NCBI GenBank assembly: GCA_015069265.1
Contig: SVIY01000001.1
Location: forward strand, 22,665 to 86,664
From: Clostridiales bacterium
Lineage (GTDB): Bacteria; Bacillota; Clostridia; Christensenellales; Borkfalkiaceae
Reading direction: 5' to 3'
Length of the DNA: 64,000 nucleotides
Part shown: positions 56,679-64,000 of the stretch, piece by piece
Numbering within the stretch: the first letter of the stretch is position 1
Layout of the letters: each line of letters opens with the position of its first letter
Program-made: the position numbers and the translations under genes
Notes under the pieces: model-generated
What the model was told of the DNA's origin: nothing
The model's input: only the letters and a program-made list of their open reading frames with translations
Databases searched by the model: none

Positions 56679-57565
56679 TAGCATATCTTTACCTATTTGT
56701 AGCACTTGTCGCTGGGCTTATAAAAGGTCTTTCGGGAAAGAAGATAAGTCGTGACGTAGTGTCGTTAAACGACGGCTTTGCCGTGAACATTATTAGAAGT
56801 GTGTTCTGCGCCGGCATTGGTTTTTTAGTCCTTATAATACAAGTCGGTTTTAGTGGACTAGAACTATCGTTAGAAGCATTTTTAGTTTGTTTGGCATCTT
56901 CCGTTTTTATGGCTCTGTTTTGCATAAGTTGGCTTTACGCCTATAAAAGCGAAGCCTATGCGTTCCTAAATATTTTTACAATGCTAGGGTCTGTAATAAC
57001 GGCGCTCTTGGGTTGGGCGATATACGGAGACAAAATAAGCACGACTAGAATAATAGGATTTGTTCTTTTGTTCGTTGCCGTATACATAATGTCGCTGTAT
57101 AACAAAAACCTAAAAGGGAAAATGGATAAGAGAGCAATTATAACGCTAGTATTAGGTTGCGTGGGTGTGGCGCTTTCAGACTTTATGCAAAAAGTATTCG
57201 TTAAGCAATCTCTAGGCGCGCCCAGCACATTCACCTTTTATACGTACGCCTTAATGATAATACCTCAATTACTAGTGCTTATGCTGTTCAAGGTTAAGAA
57301 GACGTCGCCTTTAAGCAAAAACGTTTGCGACAAAAGACATATTTGTATATATCTAGTAATTTCTATTGCCCTTTACGTAAACGTTATAATGAAAACTATG
57401 GCGGTGGCAGATATTCCATCAACACAGTTGTATCCAACCTTGCAGGGCGCAAACTTAATAGCATCGGCAGTTTTAGCAAGCATATTCTTTAAGGAAAAGA
57501 TGACCAAAAAGAGTATAGTTGGAATAATCTTTGCCCTTGCCGCGTCAATACTAATGAACATATAA
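56675..57565 (+). CDS. EamA/DMT superfamily transporter
   Basis: About 10 TM helices in a two-repeat layout. TTG start overlaps the upstream stop, with a GGAGA SD. Confidence 0.7.
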   Translation: MIAYLYLFVALVAGLIKGLSGKKISRDVVSLNDGFAVNIIRSVFCAGIGFLVLIIQVGFSGLELSLEAFLVCLASSVFMALFCISWLYAYKSEAYAFLNIFTMLGSVITALLGWAIYGDKISTTRIIGFVLLFVAVYIMSLYNKNLKGKMDKRAIITLVLGCVGVALSDFMQKVFVKQSLGAPSTFTFYTYALMIIPQLLVLMLFKVKKTSPLSKNVCDKRHICIYLVISIALYVNVIMKTMAVADIPSTQLYPTLQGANLIASAVLASIFFKEKMTKKSIVGIIFALAASILMNI

Positions 57566-57595
57566 AAAACAATTAAAAAACAATTTTATAACAAA

Positions 57596-57629
57596 ACGTC
57601 CACCAGCGACACCGGTGGACGTTTTTTTA
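57596..57629. terminator. bidirectional terminator
   Basis: ACGTCCACC-N7-GGTGGACGT followed by T7. Confidence 0.85.
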
Positions 57630-57658
57630 TATAGTTATATATATTGTATTTGTTAGTA

Positions 57659-58843
57659 TTAATATTCGGTTGTGTAGTTATCAAAGTAACCTTGTATCCA
57701 AATGATAGGAGTACCCTTGTCGCCAGAGCCTGAAGTTAGGTCACAGAGCGAACCGATAAGGTCGGTAAGACGACGGGGGGTCGTACCCATTTGACCAACT
57801 ACGGTAGAGTCCTTTTTAGCGATTTCGTTCTTGATTGCTTGCTTTAATTCTTCGCCCTTTAAGTCCTTAAAGTCGTTGTCTGCGAGGTATTTAAGTTTAA
57901 GCTCGTTTGGAGTTCCCTCTAAACCGCTAGTGAACGCGGGGGAAACAACGGGGTCAGCAAGTTCCCAAATCTTTCCTACGGGGTCTTTGAACGCGCCGTC
58001 GCCGTAAACCATAACTTCAATCTTCTTGCCCGTTGCTTTATAAAGATTTTCTTGTATAGCGTCTACGATAGGTTGGCAATCTCTGGGGAAAAGTTTAACC
58101 GATTCTTCAGTAGATTTATTTGAGCCTAAAAGACCGTATTCTTCGTTATAACCACTACCGTTTACCGAAGCGTTCAAGATTTCATCCAAACCGCAAACGT
58201 TTGCGCCTGCGCTCTTTAAGAGGCGTTTGGTTCTTGCTCTAGTGTGGATATCACAACAGAGAACGTTTTTGGCGTAGGGAAGAATTGCTTTTGCGTTGTT
58301 AGCAAAAATAATTTCACACTCTGCGCCCATGCTGGTAACGAGCTCTTTATAGTATTCAACGTAATCAACGCCGGTGAATGTGTGTTTTGCCTCGCCGAAA
58401 AGTTCGCGATATTTTTGTTCGGTCAAAACGTCGGTATAGGGGTTAACGCCCTTTTCGTCAAGCATATCGAGGCTAACGAGGTGGTTACCCACTTCGTCCG
58501 ACGGATAGGAGAGCATTAAAACGATTTTCTTTGCGCCTTTAGCGATACCTTTAAGGCATACGGAAAAACGGTTTCTAGATAAAATCGGGAAGATAACGCC
58601 CACCGTTTCGCCACCGAGTTTAGCTTTAACGTCAAGTGCAATGTCGTCGATAGAAGCGTAGTTACCTTGCGCTCTAGCAACGATAGCTTCGGTCATAGCC
58701 ACAACGTCTTTATCGTGAAAGCTAACGCCTTCAACCTTGCTTGCTTCCAAAACGGAATCGGTTACGATTTTAACGATATCGTCACCACTTTTGATGATAG
58801 GCGCTCTAACGCCTCTTGATACAGTGCCGAACAAACGACTCAT
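57659..58843 (-). CDS. CofE-like (F420-0:gamma-glutamyl ligase family) protein
   Basis: The N-terminal pattern (SRGVRAPIIKSGDDIVKIV...MTEAIVARAQGN) recalls the PF01996 family. Assignment is from memory only. Confidence 0.5.
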   Translation of the reverse strand: MSRLFGTVSRGVRAPIIKSGDDIVKIVTDSVLEASKVEGVSFHDKDVVAMTEAIVARAQGNYASIDDIALDVKAKLGGETVGVIFPILSRNRFSVCLKGIAKGAKKIVLMLSYPSDEVGNHLVSLDMLDEKGVNPYTDVLTEQKYRELFGEAKHTFTGVDYVEYYKELVTSMGAECEIIFANNAKAILPYAKNVLCCDIHTRARTKRLLKSAGANVCGLDEILNASVNGSGYNEEYGLLGSNKSTEESVKLFPRDCQPIVDAIQENLYKATGKKIEVMVYGDGAFKDPVGKIWELADPVVSPAFTSGLEGTPNELKLKYLADNDFKDLKGEELKQAIKNEIAKKDSTVVGQMGTTPRRLTDLIGSLCDLTSGSGDKGTPIIWIQGYFDNYTTEY

Positions 58844-59093
58844 AATTTTCTCCTTAAAAAAGGTTTTTATTAAACAAAAATTTAACTTTGCATAAATATA
58901 ATACCATAATTTAAAAAAAAGAGTAATAGTTTTTACGCGATTGGGTATTAAAATTTCTTATAGATAAATATTTTGGGCAAAAAATTTTAAAAAATTGTAA
59001 AAAAACAGTTTACAAATTTTTTATTATATAATATACTGATAAGCACTTTGAAGTATGGCTTGAAATATATATGATATATATGGAGATACGATT

Positions 59094-59594
59094 ATGCCAG
59101 GTGATTGGATAAAATGCCCCAGATGTGAACTTAACTACATCAGACGTGGGGAAGAATATTGCGACGTATGTAAAGCGGAATTAAAGAAAGGTCCGCAACT
59201 CGTTTTTGCGGTAGATGAAGAGGACGAAACGGAGGGTATGGAACTCTGTCCTATCTGCCACCAAAACTATATAAAACTCGGCGAGACAATGTGTGCAAAA
59301 TGCGCCGAAGAGAAGGACTATCAAGAAACGCGTGACGACCTTGACGACGAATCGTGGAAAGAATACCTTGACGACGAGGAAGAAGAGGAGGAAGAGGATG
59401 AAGAAATGCTCTCCCTCGACAAACTCGCCAAAGAAGAAGGTGAATTCCTAGAAGACGAGGAAGAAGAGGACATTATCGAAGAGGAAGAAGAGGACGACGA
59501 CTTCGATATCCCCGACGTTGACGAGTCTGACTTTGAAGATACCGATGAAGAGGACGAGGAAGACGAAGACGAGGACTTTGACGACGAAGAATAG
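59094..59594 (+). CDS. double zinc-ribbon protein with an extreme poly-acidic C-terminal tail
   Basis: CPRC...CDVC and CPIC...CAKC motifs, then about 90 residues that are mostly D/E. GGAGA SD. Confidence 0.7.
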   Translation: MPGDWIKCPRCELNYIRRGEEYCDVCKAELKKGPQLVFAVDEEDETEGMELCPICHQNYIKLGETMCAKCAEEKDYQETRDDLDDESWKEYLDDEEEEEEEDEEMLSLDKLAKEEGEFLEDEEEEDIIEEEEEDDDFDIPDVDESDFEDTDEEDEEDEDEDFDDEE

Positions 59595-59629
59595 GTATAA
59601 AAACTTTTTTTCTCGGCTATAATTACCGT

Positions 59630-59884
59630 ATGATTAAGAACACGGCATCAATTATAGAGGTAAAGGAAAGAATTAAAAACCTACAAGAGCAGTCGGTGGA
59701 AGTGACCTTAAATTTAGGGCGAAACAAGTTCGTAAAGTTTTCCGGAGTGGTAAAAGGCGTTTATCCTGCACTCTTTACCGTTCTTCCCTTGGATAAAGAC
59801 TTTAAGGGCAAGACTTCCTATTCCTATTCCGAATACATGTGCGGACGGGTAAAACTTAATAATATCAACGGCACAGCCGAATAA
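59630..59884 (+). CDS. veg: Veg protein
   Basis: Collinear with B. subtilis Veg (...YPALFTV...SYSYSEYMCG.VKL). Confidence 0.85.
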   Translation: MIKNTASIIEVKERIKNLQEQSVEVTLNLGRNKFVKFSGVVKGVYPALFTVLPLDKDFKGKTSYSYSEYMCGRVKLNNINGTAE

Positions 59885-59887
59885 AAC

Positions 59888-59916
59888 AATGCGCGAGACA
59901 TATCGCGCATTTTTTG
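59888..59916 (+). terminator. veg terminator
   Basis: AATGCGCGA-N7-CGCGCATT followed by T5. Confidence 0.8.
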
Positions 59917-59978
59917 TTCTAAAAATAACCGCCTCTCATATAATGTACTAACGGCAATTTGGTAAAAGGGAGGGGTTT

Positions 59979-61490
59979 ATGGCGTTTGAACCTGTATTTG
60001 AAAGTATAAACAGCAACTGCGAAAGGGGAGAAATTTTAGAGCAGATAAAGGCGGAAACAAAGACGGACGTTCCTTTAGAGCAAATAAAAAAAGTATTGAG
60101 TGTCAACGCTTTCGTAACCACCGAAGAAGGTATGGTTGGTGACGGAAAGCTAGATTATAGCGGTAGAGTAGTATTCTTTTTAAGCTACGTTTCCACTGAC
60201 GGTGAAATAAAAAAAGCCGAGTGTGGCGCGGAGTTTAAGGGAATAATGAAAAGCGACCTTTTATCCGACGGGGCAAGAGTGTTTACCACCGCTACCGTGG
60301 ATAAAATCGACACCGATTTATCGGGCGTTAAACTTTCGCTATCGGCGTACGTAACCGTTCGCGCCGAAGTGGAGAAGTGCCGTCAGGTAAAAGCACTTGT
60401 CGGTGGCGAGGACGTGTTTGTTAAAAGTCAAGAGATAACCTATTCGAAAGGCTTGGGACTAAAAGTCGGGGTCTATCCCGTCGAGGAACAGTTTGACCTA
60501 AACTATGCGGTCAAAGAAGTGCTCGCACACAAAATTAAAGCGTTTATTACCGCCGTTCAGTGCGGTGTGGGAACGCTTATCGTGGACGGAGAAGTGCTTT
60601 TATCAATAATAGTCTTGCAAAATAAAGAAAAAGGCGGTATAATAAGAGAAAACAGAACTATTCCTTTCCGCATGGAACTAGAATGCGACGAGGCTATGCC
60701 AACAATGCAAGCTATTGCGCGCGTTAAAGAGCGCGCCTTTAAGACTGACGTTTCGGTAGACGAGGAGAGTGGGCAAAGTACGGTTACTTTAACTGCACAG
60801 TTACAGTTTTATGGCGAGGCGTTTTCTATCTCGCAAATAAACGTGGCGAGCGATGCGTTCTGCAAGCAAAACCAATTAGAATTAGAGCGCGAAGACTTTT
60901 TCTATTCTAAATCGTGCGAGCTTCACGGCGTATCTTCGTCCATTAGTGGTAGAGCGTTTGTAGACGAACTGCCCGTCGGTGCAAGTCTGCTTGCAGTTGG
61001 CGGAGAAAAGGTTGAAGTCGTATCAAAAGAGTGCGATAACGGTCATCTAAAATTAACGGGCGTTTTAACTGCTACCGCATACTTCACCGACGGAGAGGGC
61101 AATTATTTTACTAGAAAGGCGGAAACACCTTTCGATATAAAAGAGGAGTTTGGTGGCGGTTGCAACAGTGAGTCTAGCGTGCGAGTGGGCGCGATTAACG
61201 CTCGCGCAAGAGTGCTGTCCCTTACCGAGATAGAACTAGAAGCGGAAATTAGGGCAACGCTGTGCCTAAAAGATAACGCAGTCGTCGGGCTTGTTAAGGA
61301 AATTAAAACAAAAGAGCAAAAGGAAAAGTGCGACTCGGCGTTAAGCGTATATATTCCATTTGAGGGGGAGGATCTCTGGTCGCTTGCAAAACGGCTTAAC
61401 GAAGACCCCGATAAACTTATCGAAACAAACAAAGATTTGACCTTTCCTTTGACGGGGAAAGAAAGAATAGTCGTTTATAGACGAAAATAA
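59979..61490 (+). CDS. SipL/SpoVID-like spore coat morphogenetic protein (DUF3794/SPOCS-type repeats plus C-terminal LysM-like domain)
   Basis: 503 aa with a C-terminal LysM-like segment (YIPFEGEDLWSLAKRLNEDPDKLIETN). The position veg-X-ispE matches what I recall for C. difficile sipL. Confidence 0.55.
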   Translation: MAFEPVFESINSNCERGEILEQIKAETKTDVPLEQIKKVLSVNAFVTTEEGMVGDGKLDYSGRVVFFLSYVSTDGEIKKAECGAEFKGIMKSDLLSDGARVFTTATVDKIDTDLSGVKLSLSAYVTVRAEVEKCRQVKALVGGEDVFVKSQEITYSKGLGLKVGVYPVEEQFDLNYAVKEVLAHKIKAFITAVQCGVGTLIVDGEVLLSIIVLQNKEKGGIIRENRTIPFRMELECDEAMPTMQAIARVKERAFKTDVSVDEESGQSTVTLTAQLQFYGEAFSISQINVASDAFCKQNQLELEREDFFYSKSCELHGVSSSISGRAFVDELPVGASLLAVGGEKVEVVSKECDNGHLKLTGVLTATAYFTDGEGNYFTRKAETPFDIKEEFGGGCNSESSVRVGAINARARVLSLTEIELEAEIRATLCLKDNAVVGLVKEIKTKEQKEKCDSALSVYIPFEGEDLWSLAKRLNEDPDKLIETNKDLTFPLTGKERIVVYRRK

Positions 61491-61508
61491 ACATGCACGA
61501 GGATGCAA

Positions 61509-62369
61509 ATGAAAAAAGTTACTAAAACCATACCTGCAAAAATTAATCTTACGCTTGACGTGTTGGGGTTAGAGGGCAAATACCACCAAATAAACTCGCT
61601 CGTAGCGTCGGTTGACATCTGCGACGTCGTGACGGTTAAAAAAAGAAAGGACAAAAAGATTACCCTCACCATGAAAGGGCTTCCCGTAGACTGTCCGATA
61701 GAGGAGAATAACGCGTTCAAGACGGCAAGTTATTTTATGCAAAAGTTTTCCACCGACGGCGTGGATATAATAGTCGATAAAAAAATACCCGTGGGCGCTG
61801 GGCTTGGCGGTTCGTCGGCAGACATTGCAGGCGTACTTCTCGCAATGAAAGAACTCTATGAGGTTGTGGGAGATTTGCAACCGCTTGCAAGTAAACTTGG
61901 TAGCGACTCTGTATATATGCTTAAAGGCGGTTACGCGGTTATGAGCGGACGCGGGGAAAAGGTGGAAAAGAAATATTCCGACAAGCGCTTTTACTTGCTC
62001 GCGGTGACGGACGAAAAAAAAGTTTCGGCAAAGGAGTGCTATAAAAAGTTCGACCAGAGCAAAAAGCATCCGCTACCCACCACCAAGCAAGCAACCAAAG
62101 CGTTGGAGTTAGAGGACGTGGAACTCTTTTATAAACTCATTAAAAACGATTTAGAGGGAACGGCGACAAAACTCGTTCCCGAAACGGCGTTCAATTTATC
62201 GGTGTTAAAGCACACCGATGCAGAAGCGGTGTTCGTTGCAGGAAGCGGACCTACCGCCCTCGCCATTTATAAAAGCAAAACGGCAAGGAATTTGGCGTAT
62301 AAAAAGGTTTATCCGTTGTTTGAGAAAAAACTTCTTAAACTCCAAACCATTCCTGACAAGAAAAAATAA
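61509..62369 (+). CDS. ispE: 4-diphosphocytidyl-2-C-methyl-D-erythritol kinase
   Basis: PAKINLTLDV start and the GHMP motif PVGAGLGGSSADIAG. The second ATG (61509) has the better SD spacing. Confidence 0.93.
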   Translation: MKKVTKTIPAKINLTLDVLGLEGKYHQINSLVASVDICDVVTVKKRKDKKITLTMKGLPVDCPIEENNAFKTASYFMQKFSTDGVDIIVDKKIPVGAGLGGSSADIAGVLLAMKELYEVVGDLQPLASKLGSDSVYMLKGGYAVMSGRGEKVEKKYSDKRFYLLAVTDEKKVSAKECYKKFDQSKKHPLPTTKQATKALELEDVELFYKLIKNDLEGTATKLVPETAFNLSVLKHTDAEAVFVAGSGPTALAIYKSKTARNLAYKKVYPLFEKKLLKLQTIPDKKK

Positions 62370-62376
62370 ATTATAA

Positions 62377-62410
62377 AACTCGACTTTTTATAAGTCGAGT
62401 TTTCTTTTGT
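62377..62410 (+). terminator. ispE terminator
   Basis: AAACTCGACTT-N6-AAGTCGAGTTT followed by a T-rich run. Confidence 0.8.
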
Positions 62411-62496
62411 CCACATAAAAAGCTTGCATTAAAGTATAAAAATTAAATAATGTGTTAATAACTTATGCGTAAAATAACTTTTTCTCGGAGGGAAAA

Positions 62497-63030
62497 ATGA
62501 AAAAGGTCTGCATAAGTTTTTTTATTGTCGCCATAATAATCTTGTCTGTTATAGGACTTAATTTGCCGTCCGCAAAAAGTCACGAAGAATATCTTCGCAT
62601 TCACATTAGAGCGGACTCCAATCTTTATACCGACCAAGCGGTAAAATACAAAGTTAAAGACAGCGTGGTAAATTTTTTAACGCCGTTAATTGCAGAGTGT
62701 GATACCAAGCAAAAGGCGGAAAAAATGCTAAAAGCCAATATAGAGAGCATTAAGGCGGTGTGTGACTGCACTTTAAGAGAGAACGGCTTTAATTACGTTG
62801 CAACCGTATCCGTTAAAGAGGAAGAGTTTCCTACGCGAGTGTACGGCGACTTGGAGTTAGAGAAAGGCTTTTACAAGGCGCTTATAATCGAACTTGGAAG
62901 CGGTAGCGGAGATAATTGGTGGTGCGTCGTGTATCCTCCACTGTGTTTTGTCGGAGAGGGGGATAATTACGTTTATAAAAGCAAGATTAAGCAGATAATA
63001 GACGGTTTTTATAACAAGGAGAAAAATTAA
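62497..63030 (+). CDS. spoIIR: stage II sporulation protein R
   Basis: LRIHIRADSN and GDNWWCVVYPPLCF motifs. GGAGGG SD. Confidence 0.88.
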   Translation: MKKVCISFFIVAIIILSVIGLNLPSAKSHEEYLRIHIRADSNLYTDQAVKYKVKDSVVNFLTPLIAECDTKQKAEKMLKANIESIKAVCDCTLRENGFNYVATVSVKEEEFPTRVYGDLELEKGFYKALIIELGSGSGDNWWCVVYPPLCFVGEGDNYVYKSKIKQIIDGFYNKEKN

Positions 63031-63728
63031 TGAAAAAAACGGTAAGGATAATCGCTTTTATTATGCTCATTTTCACAATGGGCTTTTGTGTGGTGCATAC
63101 CCTTCCTTCGCACGAGGTGCAAACGGCTTATGCCGCGGTATACAAGCAAGGAAGCACGGGCGCAACGGTTAAAACCATTCAACGAAAACTCAAAAATTGG
63201 GGATATTATACAGGCTCGGTTGATGGAATTTACGGCTCGAAAACTAGGGAGGCGGTCAAGTATTTTCAAAGGAAGAATAAACTCGCGGTAGACGGTATTG
63301 TGGGAAACAAAACGCTTGCCGCACTAGGTATGAGCACTTCGTCATCCTCTTCATCGTCGTCTAGTAACGGGTATAGCGATGCGGATATAGCTCTGCTTGC
63401 TAGGCTTATTTACGGCGAAGCGAGAGGGGAAAGCTACGTCGGTCAAGTTGCGGTAGGGGCGGTAGTGTTAAACAGAATTAAAAGTTCGTCCTTTCCCAAC
63501 AGTATGTCGGGCGTGATTTACCAAAGTTACGCATTCACTGCCGTTGCCGACGGACAGATTAATTTAACCCCAAACGCAACTGCTAAAAAGGCGGCGCTCG
63601 ACGCTATTAACGGTTGGGACCCATCTTACGGTGCGCTCTACTACTATAACCCCGCAACCGCAACGAGCAGTTGGATATTTTCAAGACAGACTACGGTAAC
63701 TATCGGTAACCACGTGTTTGCTATTTAA
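63030..63728 (+). CDS. sleB: SleB-like spore cortex-lytic enzyme (PG_binding_1 + Hydrolase_2)
   Basis: Peptidoglycan-binding repeat (GSTGATVKTIQRKLKNWGYYTGSVDGIYGSKT) and cell wall hydrolase domain (LARLIYGEARGESYVGQVAVGAVVLNR...). TAATG coupling to spoIIR. Confidence 0.85.
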   Translation: MKKTVRIIAFIMLIFTMGFCVVHTLPSHEVQTAYAAVYKQGSTGATVKTIQRKLKNWGYYTGSVDGIYGSKTREAVKYFQRKNKLAVDGIVGNKTLAALGMSTSSSSSSSSSNGYSDADIALLARLIYGEARGESYVGQVAVGAVVLNRIKSSSFPNSMSGVIYQSYAFTAVADGQINLTPNATAKKAALDAINGWDPSYGALYYYNPATATSSWIFSRQTTVTIGNHVFAI

Positions 63729-63738
63729 CGGAGGGAAT

Positions 63739-64000
63739 ATGGAAGAATTTAGAAATAACAACAATGTAAGCGACAACAACAATGGCAACAATAACAACAA
63801 CGCGGTAGAAAAGGCGGAAAACGCCATGCACGACAACCAAACCCAAGGCAAAAAACCGCTTGAAGTACTCCTAGAGCGCGAAACGGAGAGAGTGCAAAAT
63901 GAGGAAAGGCTTAAAGCCGAGCGCGAAAAGACTTTGTCAAAAGCCGAACGGCAAAAGGCGAAAGCCGTCTTTTTAAGGGAAAAAATGCGCGAAAAAGCCG
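63739..64000 (+). CDS. hypothetical protein, 3'-truncated by the window edge (poly-Asn then K/E-rich)
   Basis: ATG at 63739 behind a GGAGGG SD. The frame is open to the end of the window. Confidence 0.45.
   Translation, partial: MEEFRNNNNVSDNNNGNNNNNAVEKAENAMHDNQTQGKKPLEVLLERETERVQNEERLKAEREKTLSKAERQKAKAVFLREKMREKA

Noticed and set aside
59330-59594. GAA/GAG/GAC-rich repetitive DNA that could be mistaken for a tandem repeat or CRISPR-like array
   Set aside because: It is in-frame coding sequence for the poly-Asp/Glu tail and has no repeat-spacer periodicity.
63757-63800. AAC/AAT-rich microsatellite-like run
   Set aside because: It is in-frame poly-Asn coding sequence of the truncated last ORF.

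Overview
This window is an origin-proximal chromosomal segment of a low-GC, endospore-forming Firmicute, probably Clostridia-like. The core replication and partition set is present but scrambled: parB-parA, ftsH, mnmG, dnaA, recF, jag-yidC-yidD-rnpA-rpmH, dnaN and rsmG. dnaA is about 6 kb from dnaN. dnaN lies directly upstream of rpmH on the minus strand, and mnmG lies directly downstream of dnaA. The best DnaA-box and AT-rich origin candidate is the dnaN/rsmG spacer (27.0-27.5 kb). Three parS sites are packed into a gene-free spacer of about 1 kb (6.55-7.54 kb).

Other housekeeping content:
- a class A RNase P RNA, gltX, radC, pyruvate:ferredoxin oxidoreductase, ecfA1-ecfA2-ecfT-truA-rplM-rpsI, trxA and ispE
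- sporulation genes: yyaC, spo0A with 0A boxes, veg, a SipL/SpoVID-like gene, spoIIR and an sleB-like gene
- an amino-acid ABC transporter with three tandem substrate-binding lipoproteins whose two lobes appear in swapped (circularly permuted) order
- two carbohydrate/peptidase regulons, one LacI-controlled and one AraC-controlled

I saw no rRNA, tRNA, CRISPR array, IS element, integrase or recognisable defence system.

The points most worth follow-up are:
- the parS cluster with mirror-image A-tract and T-tract arms
- the rearranged oriC neighbourhood
- the permuted binding-protein triplet
- a Spo0A whose receiver lacks the canonical Asp-Asp pair
- a tandem array of conserved motif plus hairpin units next to a small XRE islet (42.5-43.8 kb)
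- a zinc-ribbon protein with a poly-acidic tail

All functional calls come from reading the translations and motifs by eye. No database search was run.
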